Shown here: piece by piece, positions 1 to 8,667 of the stretch
How positions within the stretch are numbered: the stretch's first letter is position 1
Layout of the letters: each line of letters begins with the position of its first letter
IMG/VR virus record: IMGVR_UViG_3300043438_000704
Location: 1 to 57,310 of that record
Source: a virus
Lineage: Duplodnaviria > Caudoviricetes
Direction: 5' to 3' (one strand)
DNA length: 57,310 bases
Notes under the pieces: model-generated
The model's database searches: none
Told to the model about the DNA's origin: nothing
What the model saw: only the letters and a program-made list of their open reading frames with translations
Translations under genes and position numbers: made by a program

Positions 1-1
1 T

Positions 2-364
2 GGGGGAGAACCCAAACCATTCGTCGTTAAAAACAAAAATACCAAACAAAAATTCCGACACTTCCGTTCCCCTTATCCCGTGGAGGATTCGGAAAAGATG
101 GTGGAAGCTGAAATGATCAATACCTTAACATTTTATAATTTGAGAGCTATCTTTGCTAATCTTGGTTCCGCCAACAGAGGGGGTGGTAAATTCATTGATA
201 TTGTCAAGGTGGGGGAAGGCAAGCAGAAGAGCGATGAAAAGTTGCTTGGTAGGTGGTTTGTTCATGAATTGAGACACATTTTTCTAGGAGACGGTTACAC
301 GAATGAATTTTCATGTTGTAAAACATATGTCGGACCCCAAACAAATATAAAAAATGCGGACTAA
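2..364 (+). CDS. Partial gene (C-terminus, open to the left edge); possible T4-type baseplate hub/tail protein
   Basis: Frame is open from position 2. The end GRWFVHELRHIF..YTNEFSCCKT resembles the G-x-W/Y-x-V/I-x-x-L/I-R-H terminal pattern of T4-like hub proteins (recall only). Confidence 0.4.
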   Translation, partial: GGEPKPFVVKNKNTKQKFRHFRSPYPVEDSEKMVEAEMINTLTFYNLRAIFANLGSANRGGGKFIDIVKVGEGKQKSDEKLLGRWFVHELRHIFLGDGYTNEFSCCKTYVGPQTNIKNAD

Positions 365-1265
365 TATCGACGTTTTAAGAGGACTGTGCTTTTCCAAGGA
401 AGATTTGGAGCAAATCCAAAATCTGGGGGATCAATTCACCGAGAAGGAAATTGAATTCATGATTGAGTTCAAGAAGATTTATGAATTGGGTTTGAACCAA
501 TTGGAAAAATTCATCAACAAGCTGGATGAAGAAGGGAAGGATTTGGAGACGTGGGATATTGATTACTATGTGAGACATCTTCTCAATGGTCCACTTACGG
601 CACAAACGCAGGAATTGTCAAAAGATAAAAAATATTTTAAAGCGATTCCCGATATTTTGGGTATTCTGGGAAACAACCAATCTACCCGTCACAACACAAC
701 CCTTTACACTGATGATATTGTAGCTCTGGATGTCCCTGTGGACGTTTACAATAAAACACCATCATTTACACAAAAAAATATTATAAATTCCAATGATCAG
801 GTGGAACAAATGTTCCGTTCTTCCATGAAAATGGCGGTAGTTCATGACAACACCCTTCCAATAGCCGATAAGAAGCCACAGGATCGCTACAGTGAGGAGA
901 AGACCGGAAAGTGGGTAACTAAGTCAAACGGTAGCTATGCCGTCAAGGATTCGTTCTGGCGCGTCAAATTGAAGGATGTGCGTCAAAAGGTGTTTGACAA
1001 GGTGAAAGAGATGATCGGGGAGGAACACTATCGTATTTTCGGGGATCGCAAGACCTACACACCATTTGATTCCGATAAGAATGATTCAGTTGCAACCGCA
1101 TACGAAATCGAAAAGACCGTTGTTGATGGGGACAAGGAAGAAACGTTCAAATTGGATGTCTATGGGGACGTTTACGATACCCGTGACACCATTCTCAAAG
1201 TTGAGAATCCAGAAAAGAATAAGGAATACCTATTGAATACCGTGGAAGGTCAATTCGGGATTTAA
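354..1265 (+). CDS. Hypothetical protein (303 aa)
   Basis: Long ORF overlapping the previous stop; no recognised motif. Confidence 0.8.
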   Translation: MRTNIDVLRGLCFSKEDLEQIQNLGDQFTEKEIEFMIEFKKIYELGLNQLEKFINKLDEEGKDLETWDIDYYVRHLLNGPLTAQTQELSKDKKYFKAIPDILGILGNNQSTRHNTTLYTDDIVALDVPVDVYNKTPSFTQKNIINSNDQVEQMFRSSMKMAVVHDNTLPIADKKPQDRYSEEKTGKWVTKSNGSYAVKDSFWRVKLKDVRQKVFDKVKEMIGEEHYRIFGDRKTYTPFDSDKNDSVATAYEIEKTVVDGDKEETFKLDVYGDVYDTRDTILKVENPEKNKEYLLNTVEGQFGI

Positions 1266-1750
1266 ACGTCAACCGTTACCGGAACAGCGGGAGGAGCGTC
1301 ATCGTCATCATCCTTTTTCTTTTCCAAAAGTTTCAGAATATCATTTCTGGTGAACGTGAGCTTTGGAGTCCCATCGTCATCATCTCCCTTGGACATCTTC
1401 GCATCAATGTTCATCTGAGCGATTTCCTTTTGTGCTTTAATCTTATCTTCCGCATTCTTAAATTTCAACAATGTTTCCAAAGCGGATGTGGTGGATTTGG
1501 TATGTGCTGAATATGCTTCAAGCATCTTGGAATCTTTACTGGCGATCACATCGTCTTTCATCTTCTCCATCACTTCGACGGAATGGGCGATTACCTTAGA
1601 TGCTGTTTTCAGCAACAATTCTTCCAAATTCTCCCGATTCAATTCGGGAATTTCCGTTTCTTCTTTTTTGAAATTTTTCGATTGGTTCTTAATTTGGGAA
1701 ATGATATCATTCACCTCATTGTCCAATTCTTCATCATCGTCGTAATCCAT
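1262..1750 (-). CDS. Putative terminase small subunit, T4 gp16-like
   Basis: Likely start MDYDDD at 1750. Helical core (KVIAHSVEVMEKM..SKDSKMLEAYS..ALETLLKFK) and C-terminal TFTRNDILKLL follow the gp16 pattern. TAAATA lies 5 nt upstream. Confidence 0.5.
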   Translation of the reverse strand: MDYDDDEELDNEVNDIISQIKNQSKNFKKEETEIPELNRENLEELLLKTASKVIAHSVEVMEKMKDDVIASKDSKMLEAYSAHTKSTTSALETLLKFKNAEDKIKAQKEIAQMNIDAKMSKGDDDDGTPKLTFTRNDILKLLEKKKDDDDDAPPAVPVTVDV

Positions 1751-1755
1751 GGCAA

Positions 1756-1762
1756 TATTTAC
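1756..1762 (-). promoter_or_regulatory. T4-type late promoter-like element (GTAAATA)
   Basis: The minus strand reads GTAAATA-TTGCC-ATG in front of the gp16-like gene. Confidence 0.45.
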
Positions 1763-1790
1763 CCTTGACTTATCAATATTCAAGGGTAAA
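1758..1790. repeat. Perfect 11-bp inverted repeat in a divergent intergenic region
   Basis: TTTACCCTTGA (1758-1768), 11-nt spacer, TCAAGGGTAAA (1780-1790). Confidence 0.85.
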
Positions 1791-1802
1791 GTAATGGAAA
1801 TT

Positions 1803-2843
1803 ATGGTTAATTTGTCAAACAAGAATATCTGCATCACGGGCGGTGCGGGTTTTATCGGGAGCAATTTTATTGATATGCTTTTATTGAAATTTCAAAATCT
1901 TAAAATTTATAATTTTGATAAATTGGGAGAAGGCTCCAAGAGAGTCCTTGGTAATAAGTGGCCAATCGGTTTTCAAAAAATTGATAATGGAGAAATGTTG
2001 AGATTCGAAAATCCTTCAACTCGTAATACAGTATTTCAAGTTATCATGGATATTCGTGATAATGATAAATACGATTTTGGTAAATATTGGATAACTTCAA
2101 AGGATATTAAATTTGATTATATCTTCCATTTCGCTGCTGAATCCCATGTGGATCGTAGCATTAGCGGACCAGCCCCATTCATCGAAAACAATGTGATGGG
2201 AATGGTATCCCTTCTGGAATGGGTTAGACAACATCAACCACAAGCCAGAGTCATTAATATTTCCACGGATGAGGTATATGGGCATTTGAATAAGGATGAA
2301 GCACCTTTCAATGAGAATTGTATATTTGCTCCCCGCAGCCCATACGCAGCATCCAAGGCATCTGCCGATCTGATTGCCAATTCGTATGTCACTACCTATG
2401 GTCTGGATATTCTAACAACCCATTGCTGCAACAATTTCGGAAAGCATCAGGCGGATGAAAAATTCATCCCCACGGTGATTAGGAATATGGTTCAGGGTAA
2501 CAAGATTCCGGTTTATGGCACGGGAGAGAACATCCGTGAATGGATTCATGTGGACGATCACAACAAATCCCTTCTGGAAATCGCTGAAGGGGGTAGGGCT
2601 GGTTATCGTTACAACATTGGATCAAAGGTGGACAAAACAAATCTGGAAATGATCGTTGACATTTGTAATATTCTTGGTATGGTGGCTGATATTGAATATG
2701 TGGAAGATAGAAAAGGACACGATTTCCGGTATGCGGTGGATAGTCTCAATTACCGTAGGCAATTTGAACTTAGGGATCATTCCGAAGCTTTGAGGGAGAC
2801 GGTGGAATTTTATAAGAATAAATATGGACAAGGAACAAATTAG
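1803..2843 (+). CDS. rmlB: dTDP-glucose 4,6-dehydratase (extended SDR)
   Basis: Motifs ITGGAGFIG, HFAAESHVDRSI, STDEVYG, PYAASKA, REWIHVDD and DRKGHDFRYA. Start is probably 1794 or 1803 rather than 1749. Confidence 0.92.
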   Translation: MVNLSNKNICITGGAGFIGSNFIDMLLLKFQNLKIYNFDKLGEGSKRVLGNKWPIGFQKIDNGEMLRFENPSTRNTVFQVIMDIRDNDKYDFGKYWITSKDIKFDYIFHFAAESHVDRSISGPAPFIENNVMGMVSLLEWVRQHQPQARVINISTDEVYGHLNKDEAPFNENCIFAPRSPYAASKASADLIANSYVTTYGLDILTTHCCNNFGKHQADEKFIPTVIRNMVQGNKIPVYGTGENIREWIHVDDHNKSLLEIAEGGRAGYRYNIGSKVDKTNLEMIVDICNILGMVADIEYVEDRKGHDFRYAVDSLNYRRQFELRDHSEALRETVEFYKNKYGQGTN

Positions 2844-3183
2844 AATCGCAGTTGCCAAAGAATTGGGATGGACAAAAGATTACATCCAAGGTAACGGTCT
2901 TGATTGTGATATGTGGTTCCATCCAAGTTCTGGCATGTGTTACCACGATCTTCCCAAGTATCCAGATTCCTTGGATGATTGTCAAGAGATGTTGGCTAAT
3001 CTGAAGGACGAAGAACTCCATATCTTTGACAAACATCTGTCAGAGATTCCAGAGGTGGGTTATTCGTGGTTGGCAAAGCCGATTGATTTATGTGTTGCCT
3101 TTTTACAGACACGGAAGAACCCATCTGTTAAGGAATACCCCGAATGGCTTGTTAAATTTGTAGATGGGATTAACAAATTGTAA
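2824..3183 (+). CDS. Phage ABA-sandwich-like protein
   Basis: IRIAVAKELGW...PKYPDSLDDC...PIDLCVAFL pattern. Confidence 0.45.
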   Translation: MDKEQIRIAVAKELGWTKDYIQGNGLDCDMWFHPSSGMCYHDLPKYPDSLDDCQEMLANLKDEELHIFDKHLSEIPEVGYSWLAKPIDLCVAFLQTRKNPSVKEYPEWLVKFVDGINKL

Positions 3184-3464
3184 AATTCATAATGTTGAAG
3201 CGCGTAAGGATGTTGGAATGTTGATATTCTATGATGATGAAGTTCTTGATTTCTATTATGATATGGATGAAATAATCAAGAAACATTATGGTGGGGATGA
3301 AGGTAAATATGAAAAGGCTCTGGATGAGATATTCAATTTCACTATGGCTGAATATATGGAAAACGACTACTCAATCAATAAAGGATTTGAGGAAACCGTT
3401 CAATTTTTTGAGAAGGAAGAAGTCGGTTGGAAATGGATTCATGCTGATCGAGACTTGTTCAAAG

Positions 3465-3472
3465 ACTAAATA
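3465..3472 (+). promoter_or_regulatory. T4-type late promoter-like element ACTAAATA
   Basis: Lies in the intergenic gap before the 3494 gene; the same 8-mer precedes TnpB on the - strand. Confidence 0.45.
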
Positions 3473-3493
3473 ATAAGGACTAAAACAAAAATT

Positions 3494-4573
3494 ATGGAAA
3501 TACGAAAAAACGTGGTTGAAGCAAGGGTGATGAAAGGATGGACTTTCTCAAAGATTTATGACACTTATGGTGTTCCCAAATCAACCGCCCAAGATTGGTG
3601 TCGCAAATATGTGGACGAGGGGGGCGATGAAGAAGAATCCCCAACTCCCTATGAGGAATATAAACAAGGATATGTGAACGAAAACCTCCAGAGGGATAAG
3701 CCCAAGAAACCCAAGAAATCCGAAGAGGAAATCATGGAATTCCTATCACAGCTTGCCCCGATTCAAGTTCATAGTGGTTATACAGTAGCTCCTTCAAATC
3801 TAAATGATTATGCGGTGGTTGGATCAGACTTCCATTTCGGTTGTCACGATGAAGCTGCTATTAATATCTTCCTATATACCATCGAGGAACTGAAACCCCG
3901 CACAATCGTTCTAAATGGAGATACCATGGATATGCTCGCCATTTCCCGCTATCCCAAGGACATCAAGAAACAATGGAGTCTTCAGGATGAGCGAATTGCT
4001 TATCATGAATTTTTGGATAATCTGATTGCTGTTTCGGGGGGTGCCAAGATTTATGAAACAGTCTCCAATCACAGCGGACAATCCATTGATGGTAGATGGA
4101 GACGTTATCTATCGGAGCGGTTGGGGGAACTCGCATCGTTGCCAGATATTACCGATAAGCTGAGTTACCAGAACGTGTTTATGGGTGATTATCAGGAGCA
4201 TGTGGAGCATGTTGATTATGTCGATCTGAACGGGTTGATTGTGACACATGGTAATACCGTGCGTGGGGCTGGTGGCGCGTCCGCAAGGGGAGAGATTGAC
4301 AAGTGGCACACAAGTATTCTACATGGCCATACCCACAGAATTGGAAGTTCTGCTAAAAGAATACCATCTGTTGGTAATCGCCCTGAAAGACAAATAATCG
4401 GATTTGAGGGTGGAGCATTATGCTCACTGGACGCGACATATGGTTCGTGTATGAACTGGCAGCAAGGTTTTAATATAGTTGCTTTGGGTGGAGAGTCTTT
4501 TGGAATGGAACAAGTGATGGTGAATAATGGGGTTGCCAATATCTCCACTCTTGGACAGACTATCAGAGGTTAA
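3494..4573 (+). CDS. Calcineurin-like metallophosphoesterase with N-terminal HTH-like segment
   Basis: Motifs GSDFHFG, LNGDTMD, SNH, THG and HGHTHR. N-terminal GWTFSKIYDTYGVPKSTAQDW is HTH-like. Confidence 0.85.
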   Translation: MEIRKNVVEARVMKGWTFSKIYDTYGVPKSTAQDWCRKYVDEGGDEEESPTPYEEYKQGYVNENLQRDKPKKPKKSEEEIMEFLSQLAPIQVHSGYTVAPSNLNDYAVVGSDFHFGCHDEAAINIFLYTIEELKPRTIVLNGDTMDMLAISRYPKDIKKQWSLQDERIAYHEFLDNLIAVSGGAKIYETVSNHSGQSIDGRWRRYLSERLGELASLPDITDKLSYQNVFMGDYQEHVEHVDYVDLNGLIVTHGNTVRGAGGASARGEIDKWHTSILHGHTHRIGSSAKRIPSVGNRPERQIIGFEGGALCSLDATYGSCMNWQQGFNIVALGGESFGMEQVMVNNGVANISTLGQTIRG

Positions 4574-5376
4574 TGGAATCCTTTTCAACATTCTTTGAAC
4601 GCCGCGAACGCAATCCTCTACGCAAAAGGGAATTGGAGCAACAAGGTGTTATTGATAATGATAAGTGGGTGGAGCAAGAAGCTGAAAACCTACCCCCCGA
4701 AGAAAAATATAAATTACAGGCTGACTATCTCAAAGGTAAATCCTCATTCGATGATAAGAAGTTGGTTGGACAAGTGAGGAGAATCAAGATTTACGCCGAT
4801 CAGTATGTGACGAATCTGGCAACATCAAAAAAACAAATGATTGAGTCCGTTCAATCATTATTAAGGGATTATAAAGACATCCTTCCAATCAGGGGGTTTG
4901 TGGTTATTATCAGCAATTCAGAAAATAATCCAAATTTCATTAGATTATGGAATACAGGGAGTAAGGAAAGCGCGGGGGCATTTTACCATCAAAATAAAAT
5001 TTATATTGATGAGAGTCAGACCAAACATCCTGACATTTTATTACATGAATACGCTCATTTGATGGCTGATCGCGTTTCAAAACAGGTGGTTCCCATCTTG
5101 AGAAGAGAATATGAGAAAATGATCAACGACTTTTTCACCATTTTGATGGGAAAGAGAACCAGAAAAAAACATCTTCAAGGAGATAAAAACGCTTTCAATC
5201 GAAAAGTGATTACCAAAAAGTTGAACATTCCCGATTTGGAGGATGGGCAAGGATACGGAGCCACCAATTTTGATGAATGGTTTGCCGTGACAATCCAAAA
5301 ATGGAAAGAGATTCCCAACAACAAGGCGACATACAGATTCAAGCAAGTGATGAAAAAAATAATTAATAGACTGTGA
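4573..5376 (+). CDS. Zincin-like metallopeptidase domain protein
   Basis: LLHEYAHLM (HExxH) with downstream NFDEWFA. Confidence 0.65.
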   Translation: MESFSTFFERRERNPLRKRELEQQGVIDNDKWVEQEAENLPPEEKYKLQADYLKGKSSFDDKKLVGQVRRIKIYADQYVTNLATSKKQMIESVQSLLRDYKDILPIRGFVVIISNSENNPNFIRLWNTGSKESAGAFYHQNKIYIDESQTKHPDILLHEYAHLMADRVSKQVVPILRREYEKMINDFFTILMGKRTRKKHLQGDKNAFNRKVITKKLNIPDLEDGQGYGATNFDEWFAVTIQKWKEIPNNKATYRFKQVMKKIINRL

Positions 5377-5575
5377 TGAGTGAGAAATACGAGGCAGTGA
5401 TAGGGGGTTATACCTTCTTGATGAAGGATGACGGGGTAATTGAGGTGTGGTGTGGATTGGATAGCGAATATCCAGAATCCTTTATTTACACGAAAGATGG
5501 AAGCATTTCTGATCGGAAGGCATTCGAGATGGAAATTATGGATTGGATTCTTAAAAACTAGGATACAATCGACCC

Positions 5576-6292
5576 ATGACTAAAATCGAATTTACCGACG
5601 AACACCTTCGGGTGATGATGACTGCTTTGGAAGTGTATTCCAGATTGCGGGCTGGGCAGATCAGGATCGCTATTGATGAGGCGTTTCGGGATATGCACCT
5701 ATCTTGGAAAGAACTGGAATCCATTGAAGAATTTGTAAGAGATATTCTATATCCCAAACCCGTCGAACTGAAATATGATGGACATGGGGGTTATTATGAC
5801 CAATATGGATGCACATACGATGAAAACGGTGTGCGAGATACTGAAGTAACATGGGAAGAGAAGGAGCGTTTGAAGCGTTCTCAATTACATGGTAATTATG
5901 GGGTTTGTCACGAAGAGATGATCAAGAGTGGGGGAACCTTGGCATACGAAATCTATTCCACGCTGCGTCAATATGTCTCTCTGAAAAATAACGATGGATA
6001 CGAAGGTGTGGGGGTGAATTATCGTAGTCCTTTGCAAATCACCGAAGTTACCTTACCAGTGATTGAAGGATTTACAGCGGAGAAACACTTTCCCATCAAA
6101 GGAAAGTCAATTGTTGATAAATTGGATAAAGCCCAAGAAACCAAAGATTATTCCAAGGTTTGGGAAGTGGTTGGGGAATACTTGAAACGGAAATATCCTG
6201 AATTGGAAGGCTATTCTCAAGCAAGGATTGAGAAAGAGGAAAATCATTATGTGGTGATTGTGAAAGGAGCTAGAAAGAAAAAAGGTGAATAA
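5576..6292 (+). CDS. Hypothetical phage protein (238 aa)
   Basis: Starts exactly at the +1 of the junction element. Confidence 0.85.
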   Translation: MTKIEFTDEHLRVMMTALEVYSRLRAGQIRIAIDEAFRDMHLSWKELESIEEFVRDILYPKPVELKYDGHGGYYDQYGCTYDENGVRDTEVTWEEKERLKRSQLHGNYGVCHEEMIKSGGTLAYEIYSTLRQYVSLKNNDGYEGVGVNYRSPLQITEVTLPVIEGFTAEKHFPIKGKSIVDKLDKAQETKDYSKVWEVVGEYLKRKYPELEGYSQARIEKEENHYVVIVKGARKKKGE

Positions 6293-6692
6293 AAGAATTA
6301 TAATTTTAAGAGGAACCCAAAATTCTGGAAAATCTACAGTCGCAAAGCTGTTTGGAGAAAAATCAATAATCTGCTGTGCCGATGATTACTTCACGGACAA
6401 TTGGGGTAATTATAATTTTGATCCAAATCTTCTGGGTGTTGCACATAGAATCTGTCGGGAAAAATTCATCAATGCTTTGGATGATCCTGATATTGACACT
6501 ATTGTAGTCGCCAACACGAATGCGACTCAAAAGGACTTTCAATTTTACATTGACTCTGCGGAACAACATGGTAATATGGTATTCTCGTTGGTGGTAGAAC
6601 GCCGACATGATAACCACAACAATCATAACGTGCCGCAAGAGGCGATTGATCGCTGTGAACAGAATATTAAAAATAGCTTGAAATTGAAATGA
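6285..6692 (+). CDS. P-loop kinase (AAA_33 / polynucleotide kinase-like)
   Basis: Walker A GTQNSGKST, CADDYF, VVANTN, and HNVPQEAIDR lid region. Confidence 0.8.
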   Translation: MNKRIIILRGTQNSGKSTVAKLFGEKSIICCADDYFTDNWGNYNFDPNLLGVAHRICREKFINALDDPDIDTIVVANTNATQKDFQFYIDSAEQHGNMVFSLVVERRHDNHNNHNVPQEAIDRCEQNIKNSLKLK

Positions 6693-6860
6693 AAGAAAAA
6701 AGACTAACTAGATTCTATCTGGCATTTTTGGATAATCCTTTGAATACTATCGTAAAAACATTGGAAGAGCGGTTTCCCGAATATGAAAATTTCAGGTTTA
6801 AAATCAAAATAACTTTATCCACCAATGAAGTAATGGTGTTTGGAACAAAAAAGAAAAAAG

Positions 6861-7541
6861 ATGAATAATTTAAATCAAGATATTTACTTGGTGGGAGACA
6901 TCCACTCTGAATTTGATGCTCTATTCCGAAAGATAGCGCATTTGGAAATTGGTAATTGTTATCTGATTCATGTTGGGGACGGGGGTGAAGGATTTTTACC
7001 GGAATTCAAGCAAATGCGCCAATTTGAACATTATAACAATTTCTTCAAAAAACATAACATACAATATCTCAGTATTCGCGGAAATCACAGCGACCCCGCC
7101 TACTTCCAAGGACAAGTCAAGCTCTCCAATTTTGAGCTATTACCCGATTACACCTATCGGGAACTGAATGGTGAGCGTTTCCTATTTGTTGGGGGTGCTG
7201 TGAGTATTGATCGTCGTCTTCGTATTCCTCGCATGTCATGGTGGGAAGATGAAACATTTGTTTTGAAACCTGAATTGGTGGAGAAGGTGGATGTTTTGAT
7301 CAGCCATTCAGCACCCTATTGGATCGGTGATTTTGAAAAGAGCGGCATTGCCAGTTGGTGCGAGCAAGACCCCACACTATGGGCGGAATGCTCCAAGGAA
7401 CGGGAGGATATTGCCAAGCTGATTGATCTTTGCGGTTGTAAAAAGCATTGGTCTGGGCATTTCCACAAGTCATGCTTTGCATCTTATAATGGGTGTGATA
7501 GCCGAATTTTGGATATTTTGGAAATCATGGAACATAGATAA
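6861..7541 (+). CDS. Metallophosphoesterase
   Basis: Motifs GDIH, GDGG, RGNH, GGAVSID, SHSAP and GHFH. Confidence 0.88.
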   Translation: MNNLNQDIYLVGDIHSEFDALFRKIAHLEIGNCYLIHVGDGGEGFLPEFKQMRQFEHYNNFFKKHNIQYLSIRGNHSDPAYFQGQVKLSNFELLPDYTYRELNGERFLFVGGAVSIDRRLRIPRMSWWEDETFVLKPELVEKVDVLISHSAPYWIGDFEKSGIASWCEQDPTLWAECSKEREDIAKLIDLCGCKKHWSGHFHKSCFASYNGCDSRILDILEIMEHR

Positions 7542-7777
7542 TGAAAAAGATAATTCACGTTCATCAGGCTAAGATAAAATCTAATGCTAAAAATTCCCTA
7601 AACGAACCTGTCATCACTTGCAAGACTTACAAGAGCAATGACTATGCCCATGAAGTTGAGATAATTTCGGATGGTAAAGTGGTTGCCAAGGTGGTGTATC
7701 GACCAGACAAACCCCTTTCATGTGGAGCAAGAGTGTGGATCGAAACGGAGGAAGAAGTGAGACTTATTAAAAACTAG
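7541..7777 (+). CDS. Small hypothetical phage protein
   Basis: Coupled start; ends KN* inside the junction element. Confidence 0.75.
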   Translation: MKKIIHVHQAKIKSNAKNSLNEPVITCKTYKSNDYAHEVEIISDGKVVAKVVYRPDKPLSCGARVWIETEEEVRLIKN

Positions 7778-7791
7778 AATACAATACAAAT

Positions 7792-7956
7792 ATGAGTGAA
7801 AACAAAACAGATAAAACAGCATTTTGGACGGGTCTTGGACAAGGTATCGGAATCTTTTTGATTTGCCTTGGAATGGGAACATGCTCCGCTTTGGTTGAGG
7901 GACATATCAAAATTGGAAATCAAACACAGGAAAAACATGAAAATAACACTAAATGA
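7792..7956 (+). CDS. Small membrane protein (54 aa; below the ORF-track cutoff)
   Basis: ATG at the element's +1; MSENKTDKTAFWTGLGQGIGIFLICLGMGTCSALV... has a hydrophobic helix. Confidence 0.7.
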   Translation: MSENKTDKTAFWTGLGQGIGIFLICLGMGTCSALVEGHIKIGNQTQEKHENNTK

Positions 7957-8284
7957 CCAAGAAATTAGGGAGGCTCTGATTAAGGCTGTCAACGAAAAAA
8001 CAAGTTGTATCATGGGCGTTGCCGAAGATAATAACTGCTGGTTTACAGCAACCGATACAAACGGCGAAGAAATTGATGATTTGGGATTCATCGAATTTCA
8101 TTGTGAATTTTAATAATATGAAAGAATTTTTTAAAAATTTCATCAGGATTTCTACTACATCATTAATTGGATTGATGATATTAATTGGAATTTATCAATT
8201 AGTATTATACAACCCAATTATTGGAACATTTACTGGAATCGTCGTGCTGTCTTTGATTTCTGCTGCTTTAGAAACATTTAAAAC

Positions 8285-8653
8285 ATGAAAACAATACTAA
8301 TACTACTACTGACAATTAACCTTGGGTTTTCCCAAGAATACGGAATTGCTTCCCATTACTCAATTCGCACGAATGGGGGGACGCACACGGCAAGTGGAAT
8401 CACTTTGCGGGATGATGCTTATATTACCGCCCATCGCACATTACCATTTGGAACTATCGTGAATGTCACTAATATTAGAAATGGGAAAAGCGTGAATGTT
8501 AAGGTGGTTGATCGAGGTCCACATATCAAGGGTAGGATTGTTGACCTTTCCCAAGCTGCTGCCCGTAAGCTTGGTTTCCTGAAAAACGGGATTACCAAGG
8601 TGCGGGTGGAAGTGGTTGAGATGGGGGATGGGAAGACACACTTTAAAAACTAG
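8285..8653 (+). CDS. rlpA: RlpA-like lytic transglycosylase (DPBB domain) with signal peptide
   Basis: Motifs GIASHY, TASG, AHRTLPFGT, VVDRGP and RIVDLSQAAARKLG. Confidence 0.9.
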   Translation: MKTILILLLTINLGFSQEYGIASHYSIRTNGGTHTASGITLRDDAYITAHRTLPFGTIVNVTNIRNGKSVNVKVVDRGPHIKGRIVDLSQAAARKLGFLKNGITKVRVEVVEMGDGKTHFKN

Positions 8654-8667
8654 AATACACTGCGGAT

